This document shows positions 20,563-30,507 of a stretch of DNA of 64,000 bases, one piece after another. Origin of the DNA: an uncultured Fibrobacterota bacterium (GTDB lineage: Bacteria; Fibrobacterota; Chitinivibrionia; Chitinivibrionales; FEN-1185); NCBI GenBank assembly GCA_963729895.1, contig CAVSQB010000005.1, positions 32,001-96,000 on the forward strand, in the 5' to 3' direction. The notes beneath the pieces are model-generated. The model did not search any database and was not told the origin of the DNA. It saw only the letters and a program-made list of their open reading frames with translations. The position numbers and the translations under genes were made by a program. The stretch's first letter is position 1, and each line of letters begins with the position of its first letter.

Positions 20563-21869
20563 CAGCCCTGTCCGGCTAAACCTCTTGACCAATGGCTAAT
20601 AGAATGATAATTGCACTGGAGCGGAGCGCAAAGAACGTAACCGCTCGTAATTGACCCGTAGTAATTCAATCAAGCTTTCAAAACCAAGCAGCCTTTCTCG
20701 GATAACCCGCAGTAATTCCAGCATGGTGAAGGCATACCGTGCTTGGAATTTTATAAACGACAACAGGAGATACAAGATCATGGCTATCCACACCTGTGTC
20801 ATTACCGCGTTTTCGCTGGTCCCGTAGAACGTCTTTATCTTCAAGTGCTGCTTGATCCACTTGAAAAATGTTTCTATCTCCCATCTTCCCTTGTACAGTG
20901 CAGCAATTGTCGTTGCCGACAACGTGAAATTGTTCGTCAGAAAGACCAGGTTCTTGTTTAACTCCTTGTTGTAATACTGTATCAGTCGCAGCTTCTCCGG
21001 ATATGCCTTGCTTTCGTAAAAATTCGACATTTCGACTTCCTGATCACGGATAATTCCGCGTCTTACGTTCGGTTCTTTGTGCTGTCCGACAAGATGATAT
21101 GCCATGTTGGATTTTGCCAGGATCACGAATGTAACACCAGTCGTATGCAGTGAATGAAGCCAGCCAAAATCTGTGTAGCCTCGATCAATGGTGAGGATGC
21201 TGTCCGGCGGAAGCGCAGGAAAATCATATTCGGCATCTTTCACCACCCGAATGTCATGGACTTTCCCGTCCGTCATCCGGATAAACGACGGTAGGTAACC
21301 GTCATGGTCCAGAAGCATATGAAGTTTCAATCCACCTTTGCGCCTGCGATACCGTGCCCATGGAAACGATGACAGACATACGCTGATCAAGGTTGAATCA
21401 TGCGTAAATACCGGAACCTTTACCCGAAAGTCATGACGAGGTGCCAATCGCTGGCATTTATCCAGAAACTGATAGAAAAGATCTTCAAACATCTTGTATG
21501 GCCGGAGAGCGAGTGCATCTGCCAGTGTACTGCGGGCTACACTCGCAAGACCAATATGTTCCCACTTATCCGCATTGCTCTTCAGACACGCTTCTACATC
21601 CCGAAAGCTGACCAAATCCTTTACCAGCGAAAAGAGCAAAATCTGCATCTCCTGCCAGCAGGTCATGCTCTTTACGTACCTGTCTCCTTCGTACCGATTA
21701 ACAATGCGCCAGAATCCCTTCCGATTCAACAGTTGCGTTATCTGATTGAATATTGTATTTCTTCTGTTCAAGGGCTGCCTCCTCTTTTTAATCGTCAAAA
21801 ACTAAACCTTCAACGATAAAAATAGGTTGGTAGCCCTTCTCTTGTTGTCAATTTAACCGGACACTACTG
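20563..21869 (-). mobile_element. IS4-family insertion sequence, complete
   Basis: TIRs CAGCCCTGTCCGGCTAAA and CAGTAGTGTCCGGTTAAA. 9-bp target duplication TCTTGGATT at 20554-20562 and 21870-21878. Confidence 0.92.
20596..21798 (-). CDS. IS4-family transposase (DUF4372 + DDE_Tnp_1)
   Basis: DSTLI, GLKLH, DRGY and Y..RW.IE.FFKWIKQHL motifs. Exact start codon uncertain. Confidence 0.92.
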   Translation of the reverse strand: MTIKKRRQPLNRRNTIFNQITQLLNRKGFWRIVNRYEGDRYVKSMTCWQEMQILLFSLVKDLVSFRDVEACLKSNADKWEHIGLASVARSTLADALALRPYKMFEDLFYQFLDKCQRLAPRHDFRVKVPVFTHDSTLISVCLSSFPWARYRRRKGGLKLHMLLDHDGYLPSFIRMTDGKVHDIRVVKDAEYDFPALPPDSILTIDRGYTDFGWLHSLHTTGVTFVILAKSNMAYHLVGQHKEPNVRRGIIRDQEVEMSNFYESKAYPEKLRLIQYYNKELNKNLVFLTNNFTLSATTIAALYKGRWEIETFFKWIKQHLKIKTFYGTSENAVMTQVWIAMILYLLLSFIKFQARYAFTMLELLRVIRERLLGFESLIELLRVNYERLRSLRSAPVQLSFY

Positions 21870-21977
21870 TCTTGGATTATAAATTAAATTCTGCCAATAA
21901 AAAAACACGAAGAAATTTGTTTGCCGGCCTTGGGAATGTCTGCAGGCCGGGTTGAGCCTGCACGGATTTGTACGGTC

Positions 21978-23999
21978 TCACCGCTGAGGATTCGCGGCAT
22001 CCAGGAACGAGTTTAGATAGGCGAGTTCGGATGAATCCCGGTCGAGAAGGTACTTGGTGTTGTAATCCTTCTCGTTAAGCTGCAGCGCCGTTTTGTAATT
22101 GGAAATAATCTGTTCGAACAGGGCTTTGCTTTCGAGAAGATTTTCCACGATTACCTGGCGCGACTGGTTGAAATCCTGCGCCATCCTTACGTTGTATTCC
22201 TTGAATTCCAGGATTTGCCCTCCCAAGGTGTATCCCATTGCCAGGAAGTTCCTGTCTACGGTTTGCTTTATCTGCGCAACCGAATCGCTGTCCATGCCGC
22301 ACAATTGGGAGTAGATGTTCTTCCGGTACTTGACGATTGGAGTGAGCCCCATGAACGGCTTGTCCAGGAGCTCGAATTTTGAGAAGATGATGCAGGGCTT
22401 GTCGTCGGTATTCAGCGGAACGCTGCCGCGGAATTCGTCAATGGCCTCCTGGTCCAGGACAAACCCGTTGAGCAGGTCGTAAACATCAAGGACATTCACC
22501 TGTTGAAGGTCCTGTTTGATTTGGCTGTCCCCAAACAGCATCCGCGCTTTGTTGAAGTCCACCCTAAGCGGGCTCTTCGATCCGAGCAGGACGGTGTGTC
22601 CGATGGTTTTATATCCGCCCGAATAGTACACCGCCACGTAGGGGAATGCAGCGTGGAACGTGCTGAGGATGATCCTGTAATCCCGTTCCAGGATGCCGTG
22701 CAAGGGAATCCATTGGCACATCACTCCCCGGTCGGTGAGTTTACTACTGCATAATTCGTAAAACTCCTTGGTGTACAGTATCCAGCTGTCGCTGCTGGTC
22801 GGATGGGTCGCGTCGGCGCTTATGATGTCGTACCGTTTGTTCGTGGTAAGGACATAGTTTCTTCCGTCGTTGACAATCAGGTGCACTATCGGGTTGTGGA
22901 GTACGTCGTGATTCTCATATGAAAAATATTGTGCTGCGTTGAACGCCTCTTCGCAGATTTCCACGCAGTCCACGTGCTCCATGCCCGGCAGGCCCGCTAT
23001 GGTGCCGGTGGCGATGCCGCTGCCGAACGTCACCACGAGCGCATTCCTGGTTTCGGGAGCATACACGGCCGGCAGGACGCCGAGAAACCGGAACGCACGC
23101 ATGCTGAAATAGTCGGTGTTCACTTCGCCTATGCCGTCGATGAGCATGTATTTGCGCCCGTTCTTCCCCCCGATGTCCTGGAACACGGTTGTCGTGCCGT
23201 TGACATTTTCCTTGCAGTAAAGCATCCGGTTTTCCGGGGGAGGATACCGGTTGCTGTACACATTCAAGAAGGCGTTTTTCGGCAATGCTACCGCCGGAAT
23301 GCCTGCCAGAACAAGCATGCATGCCGCAGTGACCGCCTTGGTTTTCGGCGCAAGGCCCGACCCTGCGACAACGCAGATGAGGCCGATAAGCACGCTGGTG
23401 AGGCTCACCGCGACGATGCTGCTCTGAACGCCCAACAGGGGGATAAGGACAAAGCCGCCGGCAAATGACCCGGCAACGCCGCCCACCGTATTGGCGCCGT
23501 ACACCTCGCCCGTCGATTTCGCAAATGCGGCGGAATGCCCCGAATACATCTTGGTGAAAACCGGAAAGGCGCCGCCCATGAGGGCTGTCGGTACGAACAT
23601 GGCAAGAGAGAAGACAAGGAATCGTATGGCGATTTCTCCGGTCCAGCCTGTTCCGAACACCGTATTGAGGTTCAAAATAAGCCCGTTCATGCGGGAAATA
23701 ATCGGAATGGAAAGGAGGCACAGGAACCCGATCGATGTTTCCATCCATCCGAGAAACAGGAACGGGTCCTTTCTGGAATCAATAAAGCGTGAAACGAGGA
23801 ACCCTCCGGCCATGATGCCGAACAGGAACGTCGCAAGCATGATGGCAAACGAATGGACGCTGTTGTCGACGAAATATTTGAGCACCCTGAACCACGCCAC
23901 TTCATACGCCATGGTGCAGAATCCAGCCAGCCCCGCAACGAGGAGGATAAGCGCGGTTCTGTTCTGCGGACTTTTGATTCTTAAGGCTTTGTCGTTCAC
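21978..23999 (-). CDS. membrane-domain/spermidine-synthase-like methyltransferase, second part
   Basis: TM repeats (YEVAWFR, LMGGAFP, YGANTVG), then ALVVTFGSG, VEI, DGRNY and YDIISAD. Probable GTG start overlaps the upstream TGA. Confidence 0.78.
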   Translation of the reverse strand: MNDKALRIKSPQNRTALILLVAGLAGFCTMAYEVAWFRVLKYFVDNSVHSFAIMLATFLFGIMAGGFLVSRFIDSRKDPFLFLGWMETSIGFLCLLSIPIISRMNGLILNLNTVFGTGWTGEIAIRFLVFSLAMFVPTALMGGAFPVFTKMYSGHSAAFAKSTGEVYGANTVGGVAGSFAGGFVLIPLLGVQSSIVAVSLTSVLIGLICVVAGSGLAPKTKAVTAACMLVLAGIPAVALPKNAFLNVYSNRYPPPENRMLYCKENVNGTTTVFQDIGGKNGRKYMLIDGIGEVNTDYFSMRAFRFLGVLPAVYAPETRNALVVTFGSGIATGTIAGLPGMEHVDCVEICEEAFNAAQYFSYENHDVLHNPIVHLIVNDGRNYVLTTNKRYDIISADATHPTSSDSWILYTKEFYELCSSKLTDRGVMCQWIPLHGILERDYRIILSTFHAAFPYVAVYYSGGYKTIGHTVLLGSKSPLRVDFNKARMLFGDSQIKQDLQQVNVLDVYDLLNGFVLDQEAIDEFRGSVPLNTDDKPCIIFSKFELLDKPFMGLTPIVKYRKNIYSQLCGMDSDSVAQIKQTVDRNFLAMGYTLGGQILEFKEYNVRMAQDFNQSRQVIVENLLESKALFEQIISNYKTALQLNEKDYNTKYLLDRDSSELAYLNSFLDAANPQR

Positions 24000-24643
24000 G
24001 CGGTCCTGGTTTTCCGGTCGAACAGTCTGTTGAGCAGCAGGGCGGCGCAGCCGATCGCCAGGTCTATGGCGGCGGCGGCGAACACCGTCCCTTTCATTCC
24101 GGCGAATCCGAGGAGCAGGAATATCGTGGCGATGCAACCGAGAACGCTGCCGAGCGTATTTACGGAGTACAGGACCCCGATGTCTTTTCCAAACCTGCCT
24201 TCCTGCCGCGCCAGCAGTTTGACCGCGACGGGGAATGTCGCACCCATCAAGGTTGTCGGAACAATCATGAACACAACCGACAGGAAGAACAGCATGATCC
24301 TGAACGCAAGGAAACTTGGGCTGAACACTTTGTTGACAAACAGGTACAGGCTCTGGAACAGGGGAAACGAGAGCAGCAGCAACAGTGCCGAAAGAAAGAT
24401 CCCCGCGTGCACGCAGGCGAACAGCACGACGTTGTTTTTTGTCTTTTCGGCAAGCCTGCCGAACGTGATGCCCCCTACGGCCATTCCGAGCATGAACGCC
24501 GCAAGGACGGCGCTCACGGCAAAGACCGTGACCCCGAATACAAGGTTGAACATGCGCGCCCATACAATTTCGTAGACCAGGTTGCAGAACCCGGACAAAA
24601 AAAACAGCACCACGATCAGGGGCGCAAACATGTTTTTCGGCAT
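23996..24643 (-). CDS. membrane domain of MFS/spermidine-synthase fusion family, first part
   Basis: FFLSGFCNLVYEIVWAR, LMGATFP, LYSVNTLGSVLG. Confidence 0.8.
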   Translation of the reverse strand: MPKNMFAPLIVVLFFLSGFCNLVYEIVWARMFNLVFGVTVFAVSAVLAAFMLGMAVGGITFGRLAEKTKNNVVLFACVHAGIFLSALLLLLSFPLFQSLYLFVNKVFSPSFLAFRIMLFFLSVVFMIVPTTLMGATFPVAVKLLARQEGRFGKDIGVLYSVNTLGSVLGCIATIFLLLGFAGMKGTVFAAAAIDLAIGCAALLLNRLFDRKTRTA

Positions 24644-25192
24644 CGATGTTTCCTTTGACAACCGCCTGTTTGCGGTATGCCAGGAGGTTTTTGGTACAGC
24701 AAAATATACTATTCTTTGCGGCCGATTATGAAGGGTGATTTTGTTGAGAGCGGTTAGAACGGCAACGGCCCCGTTGCGGCGCATCGCCGAACACGGGCGG
24801 AATTGCCGCACGGCGATCATGGGCCGGTGCCAACCGGTTTGTTTCCGGCATGGCGCAAACAAAATTGAGATTTCTTTGCCTTTCTTTTATATATTTTATA
24901 GTTGGATGGAAGGGGGATGCCGTTTCCAATGATTCGGCATAAATGCACATTTTTTGCCGATTTCATATTCCCCTGTAATTTTCTTCCTCAGCGCTTCTTT
25001 TCCATCGTATTGTGCAATGGCCGGCGGCGGATGCAGGACGTATTTTCTCAGGCGCAGATCGCGGGGATTTTTCGAACGTTTTTGTTCCGAGCGCAGTCTA
25101 AGAGGAGGGAAAATTGGGGCTGATTGATTAAGCATTGATTAACAAAGAAGAGATGCCAACGTATCACACTTTTTCAACCGGAGGGTCTTCTT

Positions 25193-26881
25193 ATGGCTCA
25201 ATGTTCAAGAGTAATGAGTGCCATCATTGTGGCTGGATGCTTTCTGTTTGCCGCGCATGCCCAGATAAACATTACGGGAAAGGTTACCGATCCCTTAACG
25301 TATAATGGCGTGAAGGGCGCACTGGTGACCCTCAAGGTGGCCAATCTTTCTGCAACTACGAATGACACCGGGGGGTACACTATTTCAAGCGGGATTGCTG
25401 TCCGCTTCTTTGGCCAAGGCCAAGGCCAGATTATACGAACGCCGTTTTTCAAGCAAAATATTCTCTCCTTTGGCGTTGCGAATGACGGCGAACAAGTCCG
25501 GCTGGACGTGTACAGTCTGACGGGCCGACGCGTGGCATGTATCCTTGACAGGACCTTGAATTCGGGCAACTACCAGATTACCCCGTACCTATCGACCTTG
25601 GCAAACCAGGTTTATTTTGTCAAGCTCCAGGCTGGGGCCAAGACTTCCATGTTCAAGATGCCTTTTGTGGACAAGCGCGCTGCTGCGTCAGGCGGCACGC
25701 TCAAGACATCCGACTTTGGAGAACTCTCGACGGGCCTTGCAAAGGCGGCCGCCGCCGTCAACGATACTCTTGTAGTAACTGCAACAGGGTACAACACCAC
25801 TACAAAGCCCATTACATCCTATTCCGGTACCTTAAACCTGTGGCTTGTGACAACCGGGACTCACGCCGGTACAATCATGTTTGACAACGGCTCGTATTCC
25901 GGATGCCAGACTGCCGCTTCAGTCATCGTTCAGGACCTGGATCTTTGGGGCCCAACCGCCCCTCAGACCGTCCAGGTGCGGGTGTGGGACCATGCCGATC
26001 CAATCGGATTTTCGCTCTCGCTCAAACTTGATACCACAGGGGCCGGACTGTACGACGCCTTAATTCATTTCAACATTAATGCATCCGATTCCGTAACGCA
26101 TACGCTGAAGGTTCAGCAACCGGCGGAAGCGATGGGCGACAGCATATATGCAGTATACGTGGATGCTGCTCCGCCGGCAATAGACACCACCATGGTCCAG
26201 TGGTCCGGAAACGTGGGAAATGTCGGTCCCGGAGCTTCGCAATACTTTGGTTTGGCATTTCCAATAATCGTCAATCTCAACGATCCCGACCTTACCGACT
26301 CGCTCGCCTATGTGTTCGCAAAGGACTCAGCAGATACCGCGGGCATTAAAATGACCCTTAATCCGGTTCCCGGGTCCACCGGCAGCTACTCGGGCAAATT
26401 GTGGGTCTCGACAGCCGGTTCGTCCCAGGCTAACGGCGTGCTCAAGGTATTTGGGCAGAACATTCTTTCCGGAGAGGGCATCACACTGATATACAACGAT
26501 CTCACGCCGAAGCAAACTGAGTATGGCAGTATCTGCACCTGGTTCCCGACGCTTGGAACGATTACGACGGATTCGCTCGCTTATCACACGCTCGGCGACA
26601 CCATGGCCATAACCCTCACCGACAACGATATCAGCCTTCCCAAAGCGGCGGTGCGGGTGACGAGCAAGAAGGACCCAACCGGGTTCATCGACAGCCTTAG
26701 CTTTAACGGCACAAGCTACAGCAGAAAATTCGGCGGGAACGTGGGATTCTCCACAACCGCTGCTTCGTCGGCGGCAAACAGCATCATAGCGGTGCAGAAT
26801 CCCGACACTATCACGATTATCTACACCGATGCCAACCCGGATAGTGTGGTGACTCGGAAAGTGCCCTGGAGCCTGCAGTAG
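25193..26881 (+). CDS. secreted Ig-like protein with carboxypeptidase-regulatory-like N-terminal module
   Basis: Signal peptide AHA-Q; ITGKVTD...G.YTI; three D..G....L......G.Y.G Ig-like repeats. Confidence 0.7.
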   Translation: MAQCSRVMSAIIVAGCFLFAAHAQINITGKVTDPLTYNGVKGALVTLKVANLSATTNDTGGYTISSGIAVRFFGQGQGQIIRTPFFKQNILSFGVANDGEQVRLDVYSLTGRRVACILDRTLNSGNYQITPYLSTLANQVYFVKLQAGAKTSMFKMPFVDKRAAASGGTLKTSDFGELSTGLAKAAAAVNDTLVVTATGYNTTTKPITSYSGTLNLWLVTTGTHAGTIMFDNGSYSGCQTAASVIVQDLDLWGPTAPQTVQVRVWDHADPIGFSLSLKLDTTGAGLYDALIHFNINASDSVTHTLKVQQPAEAMGDSIYAVYVDAAPPAIDTTMVQWSGNVGNVGPGASQYFGLAFPIIVNLNDPDLTDSLAYVFAKDSADTAGIKMTLNPVPGSTGSYSGKLWVSTAGSSQANGVLKVFGQNILSGEGITLIYNDLTPKQTEYGSICTWFPTLGTITTDSLAYHTLGDTMAITLTDNDISLPKAAVRVTSKKDPTGFIDSLSFNGTSYSRKFGGNVGFSTTAASSAANSIIAVQNPDTITIIYTDANPDSVVTRKVPWSLQ

Positions 26882-26914
26882 TTAGTCGTACGGTGTTCGT
26901 CGTTTTTTGACTCG

Positions 26915-26946
26915 TAAAAAAGGCATCCTTTGGGATGCCTTTTTTA
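26915..26946 (+). terminator. rho-independent terminator
   Basis: AAAAAAGGCATCC-TTTG-GGATGCCTTTTTT. Confidence 0.8.
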
Positions 26947-27051
26947 TTGATCTTTACGGAAGATAAGGCCGGTATTTCCTTCAGGTGCTCGATTTTCCCG
27001 CAGCACTCCGGTTGCAGTTTAAATCGTTATTTACGGACAAGCTCTAAACAT

Positions 27052-27253
27052 GATTCTGGATTGCCGAGCCGGTGCGGCGAATACCAAATACGATTTTGGA
27101 TTGCTGAGCCGGTGCGGCGTGGATGTACCCGCGGCAAGCCCGTAACTTCGGTTGCGCGCACCGTAATAGCACCCGGTTACAAGATTCTCAACCGAGCTAA
27201 CTCGTCAACTTTGCAACTATTGGTAGCTCGATCTATCTTGACAATTGTGGACA
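27052..27253 (+). ncRNA. orphan structured non-coding element, copy C (IS110-end/bridge-RNA-like, tentative)
   Basis: TGGATTGCTGAGCCGG start (duplicated 40 bp upstream), bulged stem CGGTGCG(G)CG/CGCGCACCG, end CTTGACAATTGTGGAC shared with copy A. Confidence 0.4.
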
Positions 27254-27268
27254 TTGCCTTCTGCCAAG

Positions 27269-27630
27269 CGCACGGGTGCCCAGACCATTGTGTGAAAGTA
27301 CATCAAAACATCTGTGTGCCACGCTCACCCTTGAGCGTGCCGTAATGCGGTAGCCCTGCGTCTTCAAAAATCGCACAGGTGGCCTAATCCTGTGAGATCA
27401 GGTCTGGCCGTAGTGCCGGAAAACTGAGTGTGGTCCTCGGCCTATGCCAGGAAATACAAGAAAGGTGTAATTCCGGATACCTTTGCCATGCCTGTTGCAA
27501 TGCCAAATCCTCAATACTGGAGAATAGGTGCTTTTTGAAGGAAAATTGCTATTGTGTTTTCCAAATCACGGTCCGGGGGACCGTGGCACACGGTTGGTTG
27601 TTTCGGTCACAGGGCTAGGGCACCCGTGCG
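27269..27630. repeat. inverted pair of ~50-bp repeats (REPIN/MITE-like); third copy at 59303-59346
   Basis: CGCACGGGTGCCC...GTGTGCCAC at 27269-27323 (+) and 27583-27630 (-). Confidence 0.6.
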
Positions 27631-27852
27631 GATTTGCAAAAAGTTAAGAACAGCATAACTCTCGACAGTATTGAAAAGACGGCAACTGATTTTTCAGACG
27701 AGATCGATGCAAGAAACAATGGGAAGCCATGGCGGAGGAAATAATGTGTAATGAAAAATCCATTGATGCATCTTCACGGCTGTTTTTAGCGTTTTCTCTA
27801 TCCCGCCTCCAAAAGGAGAAATGGATCCCGTGTCTTTCTCCTACGGGAATTT

Positions 27853-28710
27853 CTACATCGTCGGCTTCAGCGAAACGCCCACCCCGGATTTGTATACGTC
27901 AACCACAAGATACGAGCACCCGGGGTAATTGTTGGTGGGATCGTAATTGTGCAGGAGCCGGAAATTAGTGAAAAACGGGATCCCGTTCCGGTAACCGCAC
28001 CAGTAGCCGTGGAAATGCCCGGAAAAGTAGGCGAGGACATTGTAGTCGTCCAGCATGCGGAACAATTCGATTGAGTTGTCGACTGCAAAGCGCGGCGAGT
28101 CCGGGTGCATGGGAAAATGAGTGAACACCAGAAGCGGCATCGAGCGAGGAATGTGTGAAAGCGTTTTCTTGAGCCACAGCTTGGTTGAAACTTTTACCGT
28201 CACCTGGGCCTTGGGGCCGTTTGACAAATCGAGAAACAGCATCCCCACGTTCTTGTGAATAAAGAAATGGTCTTCGTGCGCCTCGCTGAACACCGAGGCG
28301 AAATTTTGTTTTCCTTCGTCGCCCGGCCCGGTTATGTCGTGATTTCCGATAAGCGGGTAATAGGGTTTGTGAATCCCTCTGTCGAACTGTTTCTTGAGCG
28401 ATGCCAACTCGTCGACCGTGCCGTTGTCCGTGAGGTCGCCCGCCAGGACGGCAAACTCCCACCCGCCGACTCCGATGGTATTGGGGTTGTCCCATTCGTC
28501 AAAGACTTTCTTCAGCATGGCGCTGTCCACTGCGCCTCTGTAATGGATATCGTTACAGAAGATGAACCGGAAACGCCGTTCCGAACGGGAGGACGAATCC
28601 CCGGACCTGGTGCATGAATAGAGGCAGACCAGGGAAACGAGTGCAATGCACGGGAACATGATGACGCGGATTGGTTTCATTATTGAACTAATTCTATCAT
28701 CGCGTATCAT
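27853..28710 (-). CDS. calcineurin-like metallophosphoesterase, lipoprotein
   Basis: NDIH, GDLTD, GNHD, HFP and SGHFH motifs; LYSC lipobox-like. Start 28710 or 28680. Confidence 0.88.
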   Translation of the reverse strand: MIRDDRISSIMKPIRVIMFPCIALVSLVCLYSCTRSGDSSSRSERRFRFIFCNDIHYRGAVDSAMLKKVFDEWDNPNTIGVGGWEFAVLAGDLTDNGTVDELASLKKQFDRGIHKPYYPLIGNHDITGPGDEGKQNFASVFSEAHEDHFFIHKNVGMLFLDLSNGPKAQVTVKVSTKLWLKKTLSHIPRSMPLLVFTHFPMHPDSPRFAVDNSIELFRMLDDYNVLAYFSGHFHGYWCGYRNGIPFFTNFRLLHNYDPTNNYPGCSYLVVDVYKSGVGVSLKPTM

Positions 28711-28744
28711 GGAGTGCAATCTCCTTCTCCTAAAAGCCGCCTGC

Positions 28745-30451
28745 CTATCTATACTGTTTGATCTTTGCGTACAGTTCGGAGCGCAAATACGTGCCTCCGC
28801 GGAAGGGGAGGCGGCCGTCGGCAAGCGGAACGTTCAGCAGGTTTTCGCCGCCGGTGCGCAGCCGGTAGGCGATGCCGCTGAGGGAAAGCACGGTGGGTGC
28901 AATGTCAAGAAACGATGCCACGCAGTTTGTCTCGCAGTGCACGCGCGAATCCGGGGTAATCACAAAAAGCGGGACGTATTCGAAGAACCGGCTGTCGTAG
29001 GTGTACGATGCCTTCTTGTAAACGATGAATGAGTTTATGGGAGTGTGGTCGCCGTACATGAATATATAGCAGCCCGGGTTCGATTCCCGGATGCTCTTGA
29101 TAAATGCGCTCAATTCACGGTCTACATACGACATTGAGTTGTAATACGCTATGGTGTGATCGTCGGGTATCGAGTCGAAGAGCTCGTTGTGGTAATACGG
29201 GTTCACCAGGGTAAACGGCTCATGGCTGCTCATGGTGATGATGTGGTACAAAAAGGGCTCACGCTGGGTGGGAAGTCGTGTCTTGACAAAATCGAAGACT
29301 CCCCCGTCGGGCGCACCCCAACTTATCTCCTTGAGCCCCATGGCGGCTATGTCGTAGAATTTGTCGTATCCCATCTTCTTGAATATTTCGATCCGATTGT
29401 CGAACTGCCCCCAGTTGCCGTGGAAAACAAAGGTCCCGTAGTTGCCCTTGACAAGCCGTTTGAGCATGGAATTCGCATACCGGTAATTCTTGAGCCGGTT
29501 TGTGGGAAAGTCCGCGAGCGGCTCAAGGCTGTTGATGACGGAAAACTCGCAGTCGGTGGTGAGCCCCGCCTCATGATAGCTGAGCGCATACGGAAAAAAA
29601 AGGCATTTCTCGGAAAGATCGTGGAGAAAGGGCGTCACAAAGGCCCCTTTGTATTTCCGTTCGATTATGTATGCATCCATAGACTCCACCTGGATCAGGA
29701 CGAAATCCGGATGCTTGCTTTTCACCGCCGGTGCCGATATTTCCGGGCCGTACCGCAGGCCCAGGGAATGCTCATTTGTTTTTCGGTAGTTGAGGAGATC
29801 GGCGATGTTGAACACAAGCAAGCCGTATTTCTTGACCATGGCGACGTCCGAAAAAGACGGATCGGCGATGTTGTACTTCGAGGAAAACGACTGAGGGTTC
29901 CACAGCAAAACGGCGACAACGACGGCAACGGCGGCGCACTGCAGCGCAGGCTTGAAAAATACCCGTTTGTTTAGCTTCCAGAACCTCGAATACACAATGA
30001 TCATGGCAATGACAAAAGGTGCGTCAACGGCAAGGAGCCACAGGCGTGCGTCAAGAGGGACCTTCGTATTTCTCGCAAGATCGACGGCCTCGGAATAGAG
30101 GCGTATGAACTGGCTGAAACGGAGGTACTCGTTAAGGCTGAAATGGTAGGTGAGGTTGAGAGCCATGTAGAACGTCTGGAGAAGATAAAAACCGGCGAGC
30201 CAGAACCAGTGACGGGGCCTGGTGAGAAAGATGAGAATAAATACGCATAGAATGATATTCCTGAAAAAACTTTGAAAGAGAAGCGGGAAAGACGACAGGA
30301 GCGGCACGTCTATAAGGCACCGGTAAAAGAAGGACATTTTGAGCGCGTTTGCGGCCGCAAAAAGAAGGAAGATCAGAGCCGGCGCCGCGGCTGGCTTCCG
30401 CATTGTCTTCACGAGGGCCGGGACAAAAGGCGGCATTGCTGGTCTTGTCAT
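28745..30451 (-). CDS. LTA synthase family (sulfatase-fold) membrane protein
   Basis: N-terminal TM helices; IQVESM, TPFL, T.DCEF, TMSSHEPF and YGDH motifs. Confidence 0.85.
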   Translation of the reverse strand: MTRPAMPPFVPALVKTMRKPAAAPALIFLLFAAANALKMSFFYRCLIDVPLLSSFPLLFQSFFRNIILCVFILIFLTRPRHWFWLAGFYLLQTFYMALNLTYHFSLNEYLRFSQFIRLYSEAVDLARNTKVPLDARLWLLAVDAPFVIAMIIVYSRFWKLNKRVFFKPALQCAAVAVVVAVLLWNPQSFSSKYNIADPSFSDVAMVKKYGLLVFNIADLLNYRKTNEHSLGLRYGPEISAPAVKSKHPDFVLIQVESMDAYIIERKYKGAFVTPFLHDLSEKCLFFPYALSYHEAGLTTDCEFSVINSLEPLADFPTNRLKNYRYANSMLKRLVKGNYGTFVFHGNWGQFDNRIEIFKKMGYDKFYDIAAMGLKEISWGAPDGGVFDFVKTRLPTQREPFLYHIITMSSHEPFTLVNPYYHNELFDSIPDDHTIAYYNSMSYVDRELSAFIKSIRESNPGCYIFMYGDHTPINSFIVYKKASYTYDSRFFEYVPLFVITPDSRVHCETNCVASFLDIAPTVLSLSGIAYRLRTGGENLLNVPLADGRLPFRGGTYLRSELYAKIKQYR

Positions 30452-30507
30452 GTATGTTCTCCTTATCGCACGATTATTGCCCGACAGAGGCCTTGAGCCG
30501 AATCTTT

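Noticed and set aside
24000..24563. N-terminal ~190 aa of the 861-aa ORF
   Set aside because: Out-of-frame overlap with the real upstream gene; family-like sequence starts only near 23999.
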